Assembly: GCA_963712115.1 (NCBI GenBank)
Contig: CAVQGX010000058.1
Coordinates: 1 to 12,835 of the forward strand
DNA from: an uncultured delta proteobacterium
Lineage (GTDB): Bacteria; Desulfobacterota; Syntrophobacteria; BM002
Direction of reading: 5' to 3'
Length of the DNA: 12,835 bases
Numbering within the stretch: the first letter of the stretch is position 1; the number at the start of each line of letters is the position of its first letter. Below the pieces are notes generated by a model, which made no database searches, was not told the DNA's origin, and saw only the letters and a program-made list of their open reading frames with translations. Of this stretch, positions 1 through 6,710 are shown piece after piece. Made by a program: the position numbers and the translations under genes.

Positions 1-302
1 CAGGTTTTCTTTACCACCCCAGGTTTATCTGCCTTCAAGACTAGCTTTTCAATCCCTTCAGATATCACTTTGAGAGCATTTGACATGAATGCGAGCACCG
101 CCTCAGGGTTTTTCATGCTCGAGCCTTTGGGCGTATGTTTTTTCATCAGAAGAAACAGAAAATGCTCTGGAGTCGATTCATAGGTGGTGAACCTGCCCGC
201 ACAACCCGAACATTGTCGGCGACGCCTAATGGTAGTCTTTTCCTTGGTTAGTCTTGAGTCGATAACCCCAGTTTCAATCTTTCCGCAAAATGGGCATTCC
301 AT
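1..302 (-). CDS. NrdR-like zinc-ribbon protein, 3' end outside the window; ATP-cone apparently replaced by unrelated sequence
   Basis: Not in the ORF track. Manual translation from ATG at 302: [100 protein letters not shown]... It has the NrdR hallmarks CPxC, VIDSR, IRRRRxCxxC and RFTTYE. GGGAGG SD at 311-316. Confidence 0.85.
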   Translation of the reverse strand, partial: MECPFCGKIETGVIDSRLTKEKTTIRRRRQCSGCAGRFTTYESTPEHFLFLLMKKHTPKGSSMKNPEAVLAFMSNALKVISEGIEKLVLKADKPGVVKKT

Positions 303-335
303 AAGCAGATCCTCCCAGTAGGATCTCCAGCAATA

Positions 336-437
336 TGATGAGAAATGTAAGCTCACCTTGATCGCTGCGAAAATTTACATTCCATCTGTGAATCTTACCA
401 TCTAGGACACTTAGCACAAAATGCTTGGGTAGATCAA
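336..437 (-). repeat. Upstream/promoter region, copy A (paralogous to 1029-1137)
   Basis: Shares TGATGAGAAATGT (336-348 vs 1029-1041), CTCACCT, GCACAAAATGCT (414-425 vs 1114-1125) and a minus-strand TTGA(T/C)C (432-437 vs 1132-1137) in the same order, at offsets of about 693-700. Confidence 0.7.
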
Positions 438-610
438 TGGTGAGCAAAAGTTTCTCCGATCTCTTGCCAATACCTGAACTTAGCCAGAATTAAAGGTATG
501 AGAGGGAGATGTGAAACGGAATTGGTTATTATTCTGAGCAGAAACCAAAGGCCCATCAGAACGGGTGTGAAACTGTGAATTACATCCCTTAATGTACACT
601 GCACTAGGTT

Positions 611-772
611 TCAATCACGCATAATATATTGTTTTTCTTTCAACACCTCTGGGAATCGGAGGGAACCCTCACAGATGGGGCAGACTTTAACGCTGGGTTT
701 AATTAGTAGACGGGCATTACACTTGGAACATTTGACCTTGTAGAATTTTGCTTTCTTGGAATAATCCACCAT
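611..772 (-). CDS. Small basic zinc-ribbon protein (53 aa, CxxC-x12-CxxC)
   Basis: C-terminal part of track ORF 611..979: MVDYSKKAKFYKVKCSKCNARLLIKPSVKVCPICEGSLRFPEVLKEKQYIMRD. AGGT lies 9 nt before ATG 772; an alternative ATG is at 832. Confidence 0.6.
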   Translation of the reverse strand: MVDYSKKAKFYKVKCSKCNARLLIKPSVKVCPICEGSLRFPEVLKEKQYIMRD

Positions 773-1028
773 GGATGAATTACCTGGTAGTTTTCTCTCT
801 TTAGATAATTCCGATGGATTTGAGGCGGTCATCGTGGTTATATTTCCTAGCCAGAGGGAGCGTCTTAATAATAAGGTCAGGTCGAGAATAACTGTGGAGA
901 ATACAGCAGATGATTTATAACTCTGACACAAGACCCTAAAAAATGGAACATTGAAAATTAAACTAGAAAACAGTGGCAAGTAATCACTACTTTCGAAGGG
1001 AGGGGTGCTAGAGTGGTAAGTTTCATAT

Positions 1029-1137
1029 TGATGAGAAATGTGAACCTCACCTCAAACCACAGCAAAAGTTCATATAACATCCCTTAATTCACACTGGGCT
1101 GAATTTCGCTCTTGCACAAAATGCTGTGGGTGGTCAA
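1029..1137 (-). repeat. Upstream/promoter region, copy B (paralogous to 336-437)
   Basis: See copy A. The differences in the aligned block are mostly transitions. Confidence 0.7.
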
Positions 1138-1150
1138 GTCAATGCGGTAG

Positions 1151-1193
1151 AAAAAGAAAGCCCCCATCAGCCAGTTGCTAAACCGATGGGAGC
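1151..1193 (-). terminator. Rho-independent terminator
   Basis: GCUCCCAUCGG (1193-1183) pairs with CUGAUGGGGGC (1170-1160), followed by UUUCUUUUU. Confidence 0.75.
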
Positions 1194-1232
1194 ATCCGCA
1201 CACCAACGGGATGAACCCTATGCTCACCCCAC
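1151..1232 (-). ncRNA. Candidate sigma-54-dependent small RNA (~80 nt, 5' hairpin plus intrinsic terminator)
   Basis: The promoter at 1244-1260 predicts +1 at ~1232-1233. 5' stem GGGGUGAGC/GUUCAUCCC (9 bp, loop AUAGG), linker GUUGGUGUGCGGAU, then an 11-bp terminator stem and UUUCUUUUU. No credible ORF inside. Confidence 0.6.
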
Positions 1233-1243
1233 GAATGCAGTGA

Positions 1244-1260
1244 TGCAAACCCAGTGCCAA
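1244..1260 (-). promoter_or_regulatory. Sigma-54 (-24/-12) promoter
   Basis: Minus strand reads TTGGCACTGGGTTTGCA, matching TGGCAC-N5-TTGCA with exact GG-N10-GC spacing. Confidence 0.75.
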
Positions 1261-1261
1261 G

Positions 1262-1303
1262 AAAAAAGCCCCCACTGATCGGGCAGTAGATTGCCAGCGG
1301 GGC
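1262..1303 (-). terminator. Rho-independent terminator
   Basis: GCCCCGCUG...CAGUGGGGGC followed by U6; it ends about 1 nt before the sigma-54 -24 element. Confidence 0.65.
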
Positions 1304-1573
1304 AAAACCTGGAGCGGATAGGTTGAGGCATGGCCCTACCTGCAGAGCACCTTACCCGAAGGGAGATGGAAATAGCAAGCACCTCGACAGTCTGCCTCGC
1401 CAGAATCGAGGGGCTAGTGAGGTCCCCACGGACCATCCGCTTACAGCCATCAAGGTTAATCGCAGAAAAGCCTATGGGAACTTCACAATTTTCAATAACA
1501 AATGAAGGGAATATTTTGTATCCCAAAAACCACAATTTAGCAGGTTGCAAGCAGCAACAAAGGAGAAAATGAT

Positions 1574-1735
1574 TTATCTAGAAAGATTGGAATCGGTGTG
1601 TTGGATGGGTGGATGATTAGTTCTAATCTGGTAAGAGCGTAATTCAGTGATTGCCGCAATGGCAGTGATCAGTATGATCAGTTCCATTCGAGAAAATCCA
1701 CTAGCATTCAGCGTTTTTCGGATGTGTTTTATCAC
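1574..1735 (-). pseudogene. Short or truncated type IV prepilin-like ORF (53 aa)
   Basis: GAGGT SD plus GTG at 1735: MIKHIRKTLNASG|FSRMELIILITAIAAITELRSYQ... Basic leader, G|F cleavage site, E+5 and a hydrophobic run. Arg at +3 is atypical and the hydrophobic helix is short. Confidence 0.5.
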
Positions 1736-1852
1736 TTCGACGGCGACCTCGCACATACACGCAACACTTTATCAGACCGTTCAGCCTTACATCAGTGGCC
1801 TTGCACTTGAGGCAGACGATTCGGGTGATTTATACTCGTCTGAGATCAGGAA

Positions 1853-2224
1853 TCATCCTCTGTTAAGGGCATTCTGCACTGTTGACAACAGTTTTTCAAG
1901 GTCGAATGGCTTCATCATAGAATCGTAGACACCCTTTGACGGAGTTTCCTTTTCTAGTTCGGTAGGAGCATATGCCGTTATTAGAATGACTGAGGTTTTC
2001 AAGCCGTTTTTATTTATGTAATCAATCAGTTGATAGCCACTCATGTCTGGCATGATTACGTCTAGCAGAATAAGTTCGAATGTATCTGATGCAAGCAGTT
2101 CTATAGCCTCCTTTCCACTGAAGGCCGTGTGTATATCACAATATTTGTCGCTAAGAAATACCTTCAGACTTTTGCATAGTGTAGGGTCATCGTCAACTAT
2201 CAGTATTTTAGGCTCATGCGGCAT
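1853..2224 (-). CDS. Single-domain response regulator (CheY-like receiver)
   Basis: ILIVDDD, LLDVIMPDMSG (phosphoacceptor Asp), VILITAY, KPF; no output domain. GAGGT SD. Confidence 0.93.
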   Translation of the reverse strand: MPHEPKILIVDDDPTLCKSLKVFLSDKYCDIHTAFSGKEAIELLASDTFELILLDVIMPDMSGYQLIDYINKNGLKTSVILITAYAPTELEKETPSKGVYDSMMKPFDLEKLLSTVQNALNRG

Positions 2225-2483
2225 ATCCTACCTCAGATATTAGATAATTCAATTAGAGTCAGTATTAAGTAGTCCAAAACCTGATTTGACCGCGAGCAAT
2301 AGCAAAGGGATGAACCTTACCAGATGAGACAATGAAAATGTAAGAGAAAAGTAGAGGTACAAAATGCTGGGCCAAAAACTTTCGGATGTGGGTTAAACAT
2401 ATTTTGCCATTATGTGGACATTGAAAGATTTATGGATACGACAAGTATATCTGAGGGCATGTGAAATCTGACGAAGATGACAT

Positions 2484-3968
2484 TCAATCCACATGAAGAT
2501 CAGCGGGCTCTTTTTGTTTTTTAGGTCTCCATACAGGCTTCTTGCGCTGATTGGATGAAAGGATACCTAGTGACTCTCTATACTTTGTGACAGTCCGGCG
2601 AGCTATATCAATGTTCTCCTCTCTTAACTTCTCAACGATAGCCTGGTCGCTGTAAGGTTTCTTTGGATCTTCATTCTTAATGATCTGACGGATGCGTTCT
2701 TTAACACTTTCCGATGCCACCGCACCACCGGACAAACTGCTCACACCCGAGTTGAAAAAGTACTTGAGTTCAAAGATACCTCGGGTTGTGTGCATGTACT
2801 TGTTTGTAGTAACCCGACTAATCGTAGCCTCGTGCATACCAACATCTTCTGCCACATGGCGTAGGACTAGTGGCCTGAGATAATTGATTCCTCTATCGAA
2901 GAATTCCCGCTGCAGCTTAACAATACTCTCAGCTACCTTATAGAGCGTTCGCTGTCTTTGATGGATGCTCTTTATGAGAAAGGCTGCCGACGACATTTTG
3001 TCTTTGATGTATTCCCGCTCTTTTTCCGAAACGTCTCCATCCTTACTCAATATCTCCTTAAAATACTGGCTAACTCGCAATTTTGGCAGACCGTCCTCAT
3101 TGAGAACAATGGCGTAGTCGCCATCAACCTTGTAGACATAAACATCGGGGCTAATGTACTGGATTTCTTCTTCCTCGTAGGCTAGACCTGGTTTCGGATC
3201 GAGGCGAGTTATGATCTCAATGGCAGCCTGTATTTCTTCCCGACTCCTGCGTGTGCCCTTTACGATGGCCCGGTAATTCTTGGTCCCTAATTCATGGAGG
3301 TGGTTCTTGATGATAGTGACCAAAAGGTCGTCTTCCAAGGACAGGATTATAGCCTGGTTTAATAGACACTCCTTGAGATCTCTTGCAGCTATTCCAGGGG
3401 GATCAAATTTCTGAATCTGCATAAGAACTCTCTCTACAAACATCTCATCGCGCTCGGTCATTTCGGCTATCTCATCGAGGGTAGCTTTTAGATAGCCATA
3501 TTTGTCAAGGTTTCCAATGATTAGATTTCCAACCTCTATCTCATCGTCACTTAAACGTGACAGATATAGTTGCCACCTTAGATGTGATTCCAAAGATGGC
3601 TTTTTGGTGAGACGGTTTTCAAATGACGTTAATTCCCGACTACCCCCGCGCTCAGGGCGAACTTTCCTATTGGTGCTGTAGTCGCCGAGATAGGCTTCCC
3701 AATCAAAGTCTTCCTTTGGACTTTCACCAATTGTAACCTCGGGGTAGTTGTCTTCTTGGGTGGAAGATGACCCGTTTTCCACTGGGTCTTCATGGTCCTG
3801 CGTAAAGTCAGGGCTTTCTTCTAAGGCCGGGTTACTTTCCATTTCTTGAGCAACGGTATCAAGCAACTCTAGGCGGGAAAGTTGAAGCAGCTTGATAGCT
3901 TGCTGCAACTGCGGTGTGAGGATCAACTTCTGCGCCAGCTTTAGCTGCTGTCTTAACTCAAATGACAT
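2484..3968 (-). CDS. rpoN: RNA polymerase sigma-54 factor (probably an additional, orphan paralog)
   Basis: Region I LTPQLQQAIKLLQLSRLEL, DPPGIAARDLKECL, HTH MHEATISRVTTNKY, GIFELKYFF, RpoN box ARRTVTKYRE. Confidence 0.97.
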   Translation of the reverse strand: MSFELRQQLKLAQKLILTPQLQQAIKLLQLSRLELLDTVAQEMESNPALEESPDFTQDHEDPVENGSSSTQEDNYPEVTIGESPKEDFDWEAYLGDYSTNRKVRPERGGSRELTSFENRLTKKPSLESHLRWQLYLSRLSDDEIEVGNLIIGNLDKYGYLKATLDEIAEMTERDEMFVERVLMQIQKFDPPGIAARDLKECLLNQAIILSLEDDLLVTIIKNHLHELGTKNYRAIVKGTRRSREEIQAAIEIITRLDPKPGLAYEEEEIQYISPDVYVYKVDGDYAIVLNEDGLPKLRVSQYFKEILSKDGDVSEKEREYIKDKMSSAAFLIKSIHQRQRTLYKVAESIVKLQREFFDRGINYLRPLVLRHVAEDVGMHEATISRVTTNKYMHTTRGIFELKYFFNSGVSSLSGGAVASESVKERIRQIIKNEDPKKPYSDQAIVEKLREENIDIARRTVTKYRESLGILSSNQRKKPVWRPKKQKEPADLHVD

Positions 3969-4040
3969 TAGTACCAGGCCATTTTTCTTGTTTGAATCAC
4001 TCGGGAGAATTCTAAATTTTCAGCCGACTCATAGCACACA

Positions 4041-4056
4041 TGCAAGTCCCGGGCCT
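4041..4056 (-). promoter_or_regulatory. Sigma-54 (-24/-12) promoter upstream of rpoN
   Basis: Minus strand AGGCCCGGGACTTGCA (GG-N10-GC, TTGCA intact); predicted +1 ~4030, about 60 nt before the rpoN ATG. Confidence 0.6.
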
Positions 4057-4220
4057 ACTCTCGCAGGTAAAGGTTAAGTAGAAGCTTGGCTGATTGTAGA
4101 GGTTTAAGAAATGTTAGCAGTTGGCTTTGATTTGACTTTCGGCAGGGGGCCAGCCTACTGCACATTTTATCTTCTCCCGAATAAATTCATCCTATTCCCG
4201 TTAGATCTCCAAGGAAGATA

Positions 4221-4229
4221 TGCTATAAG
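4221..4229 (+). promoter_or_regulatory. Putative sigma-70 extended -10 for recD2
   Basis: TG-C-TATAAG about 35 nt upstream of ATG 4264. Confidence 0.4.
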
Positions 4230-4263
4230 GAATCCCATTCATTAAGCTAATAGGTTTTTAACC

Positions 4264-6438
4264 ATGCTCGCCGACCTGCAAGGCCAAATAGAAAGAATCA
4301 CCTACACTAATGAGGAAAATGGCTTCACCATTGCCAAGGTGAAAGTATATGGCCGTAGAGATCTTGTAACCGTAGTGGGAAATCTGATGTCCCCTATGGC
4401 TGGTGAAATCATCAAGATGAAGGGCGAGTGGGCCAATCATCCCCGATATGGTGAACAGTTCAAGATTGTTCACTATAAAACTCAGGTCCCCGCCTCAATC
4501 TACGGTATTGAAAAATACCTGGGTTCCGGTCTTATCAAGGGGATTGGCCCCATCATGGCAAAGAGGATCGTCAAAGTATTCGGGAAGCAGACGCTCGATG
4601 TCATCGAAGCCAACATAGAAAAGCTGGTTGAGGTTGAGGGCATTGGCAAGAAGCGAATCGAGATGATCAAAAGTGCGTGGGAAGACCAGAAGGAGATCAG
4701 GGAGGTAATGGTCTTCCTGCAAGCCCACGGGGTCAGCTCGGGGTACGCCACCAAGATATTCAAGCACTATGGGAGCGAGTCCATAAAGGTAGTCAAGGAG
4801 AATCCTTATCGCCTGGCAACAGACATTTTTGGCATAGGCTTTATCACTGCAGACCGCATAGCTGAAAAGCTGGGATTTGCTAAGGATTCAGAGCTGAGGG
4901 CGGAGGCAGGGATACTTTACGTTCTCAATCAGCTTGCCGATGATGGACACGTCTATTACCCCTACAAACTGCTTATAGAAAAATGTCGGGAGATCCTCCA
5001 GGTGGATCGGGAGATAATCGTTAGGGCTTTTGGCACAATTGCTGTTGAGGGCAAAATTGTCATCGAGGATCTGAATGAGAATATCCTAGAGTTTCGGGAA
5101 AATAATAAGGCCGTTTATCTGGCAAAGTTTCATTTCTCTGAAAATAGTATTGCAACTCGCCTTAAAACTCTAATCAACGCACCTAAATCAGTCAGAAAGA
5201 TTGATTCAGAAAAAGCCATAAAATGGGTCCAACAGCAACTAGATATCACCCTCGCTGAAAGACAGGTGGAGGCGGTGAAGTGCGCCTGCCAAGACAAAAT
5301 GTTAATTATAACAGGTGGACCTGGTACCGGAAAAACCACTGTTGTCAATACCGTTCTCAAGATCTTTCGAAGGCTTGGGGTAGACATTATGCTGGCTGCC
5401 CCTACTGGCAGGGCGGCCAAGCGAATGAGCGAAGCAACTGGCCATGAGGCGAAGACGATTCACCGAATGCTGGAGTACAGCATCCAGAAGGGTGGCTTTC
5501 AGAGAAATGATGAAACCCCCCTCGAGTGTGACCTTCTGATCGTCGACGAGGCATCGATGATAGACAATATCCTCATGCACCATCTTTTGAAGGCCATTCC
5601 ACCCACAGCAACATTCATCTTGGTGGGAGACGTAAACCAACTTCCCTCTGTAGGTGCCGGAAACGTGCTTAAGGACATCATCTACTCAGGCGCTGTAAAG
5701 GTCGTTGTGTTAAATGAGATTTTCCGCCAAGCCCAGGAAAGCTCAATAATTGTGAATGCTCACAAGATAAACAACGGGCTACTCCCTGCCCTGAAATCTT
5801 CGAAACAAGAACTGGACGATTTCTACTTTATCGAGCAGGAAGATCCCGAAGAGGTCTTGAGAATCATACTTGAGCTATCCAAAGAGCGCATTCCGAAACG
5901 GTTCGGGTTTGATTCCGTCAACGACATCCAGGTGCTTACTCCTATGCACAGAGGTGTTGTTGGTGCTGGGAATCTGAACGTGGAACTTCAAAAGGTCTTG
6001 AATCCGGGAGAAGATGTGGTCACCAGGGGTGGCAGGAATTTTCGGGTCAACGATAAGGTCATGCAAATCAGAAACAACTATGACAAAGAAGTCTTCAATG
6101 GTGATATTGGGCGCATCAGCTGGATTGACACTGAAAATCAGGAGGTGATCATAACCTTTGATGATCGGGAAGTGATGTACGACTATCCTGATCTTGACGA
6201 AATTGTTCTGGCCTACGCAGTGTCAGTGCACAAGTCTCAAGGCTCAGAGTATCCGGCGGTTATTGTCCCTATCTTGACTCAGCATTATGTTCTTTTGCAA
6301 AGAAATCTTATCTATACTGCAGTAACAAGAGGCAGAGAGCTGGTTGTTATTATCGGAACAAAAAAGGCTTTAGCCATTGGAGTTAAGAATGATAAGACCC
6401 AAAAGCGTTACACCTATCTCAGATACAGGCTGGTCTGA
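4264..6438 (+). CDS. recD2: ATP-dependent RecD-like DNA helicase (RecD2, SF1B)
   Basis: 724 aa; N-terminal HhH motifs (IKGIGP, VEGIGKK), Walker A GGPGTGKT, APTGRAAK, DEASM, GDVNQLPSVGAG, HKSQGSE, YTAVTR. Confidence 0.96.
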   Translation: MLADLQGQIERITYTNEENGFTIAKVKVYGRRDLVTVVGNLMSPMAGEIIKMKGEWANHPRYGEQFKIVHYKTQVPASIYGIEKYLGSGLIKGIGPIMAKRIVKVFGKQTLDVIEANIEKLVEVEGIGKKRIEMIKSAWEDQKEIREVMVFLQAHGVSSGYATKIFKHYGSESIKVVKENPYRLATDIFGIGFITADRIAEKLGFAKDSELRAEAGILYVLNQLADDGHVYYPYKLLIEKCREILQVDREIIVRAFGTIAVEGKIVIEDLNENILEFRENNKAVYLAKFHFSENSIATRLKTLINAPKSVRKIDSEKAIKWVQQQLDITLAERQVEAVKCACQDKMLIITGGPGTGKTTVVNTVLKIFRRLGVDIMLAAPTGRAAKRMSEATGHEAKTIHRMLEYSIQKGGFQRNDETPLECDLLIVDEASMIDNILMHHLLKAIPPTATFILVGDVNQLPSVGAGNVLKDIIYSGAVKVVVLNEIFRQAQESSIIVNAHKINNGLLPALKSSKQELDDFYFIEQEDPEEVLRIILELSKERIPKRFGFDSVNDIQVLTPMHRGVVGAGNLNVELQKVLNPGEDVVTRGGRNFRVNDKVMQIRNNYDKEVFNGDIGRISWIDTENQEVIITFDDREVMYDYPDLDEIVLAYAVSVHKSQGSEYPAVIVPILTQHYVLLQRNLIYTAVTRGRELVVIIGTKKALAIGVKNDKTQKRYTYLRYRLV

Positions 6439-6440
6439 TC

Positions 6441-6578
6441 TCCTTGGATATGCAACGTGTGAGCAACTTTTTGGTCACCAACAAGATGACCAGCTCCAAC
6501 AATCAAGATAGTACTGTCACCCCACTTCCTCAGATCCTTAATTAGCACAGCCCGGTCCTTGTTTCTCTGAAAAAATAT
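6441..6578 (-). pseudogene. C-terminal remnant of a TraB/GumN-family gene
   Basis: IFFQRNKDRAVLIKDLRKWGDSTILIVGAGHLVGDQKVAHTLHIQG resembles the family C-terminal signature RN...VGAGHL.G...L...G. The rest of the protein is absent. Confidence 0.55.
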
Positions 6579-6662
6579 GCACCAAGATTTCCGCAAGAAC
6601 AAGGCCAGCAGATCAATGAAATACCTCCTACCCCTAGTGCCAATTCCAACGTGCTGGTATGG

Positions 6663-6671
6663 TGATATAAT
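6663..6671 (+). promoter_or_regulatory. Putative sigma-70 extended -10 for the slp pair
   Basis: TG-A-TATAAT about 40 nt upstream of ATG 6711. Confidence 0.5.
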
Positions 6672-6710
6672 CAAGTTAACCTTTTTCACGCTGCATTGAG
6701 AAGACCAAAG

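Noticed and set aside
996-1087. Strong SD (GAAGGGAGGGG) plus GTG opening a 24-codon + strand ORF; on the minus strand a C-rich anti-SD-like tract
   Set aside because: The ORF overlaps the duplicated minus-strand regulatory block and has no features; neither reading has independent support.
1240-1310. c-di-GMP-I riboswitch-like words on the + strand (GCAAAC...AAAGCC...AGCGGGGC)
   Set aside because: No GAAA-capped P2 stem or receptor can be formed; better explained as a minus-strand sigma-54 promoter plus terminator.
1084-1550. Track ORFs 1084..1305, 1224..1550 and 1323..1505
   Set aside because: No recognisable motifs, and the minus-strand ones run through terminators and the sigma-54 promoter.
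1330-1572. 80-aa ORF with LuxR-like LTRREMEIA
   Set aside because: The rest of the LuxR HTH (G.s.keIA..L.iS..TV..H) is absent; likely a chance match.
2300-2318. Sigma-54-like AGGTTCATCCCTTTGCT upstream of the receiver gene
   Set aside because: Spacing is GG-N11-GC, not the required N10.
2570-2602. RpoN box variant ARRTVTKYRE (T for the E. coli A)
   Set aside because: As I recall, this is a common natural variant in this group; not evidence of altered specificity.
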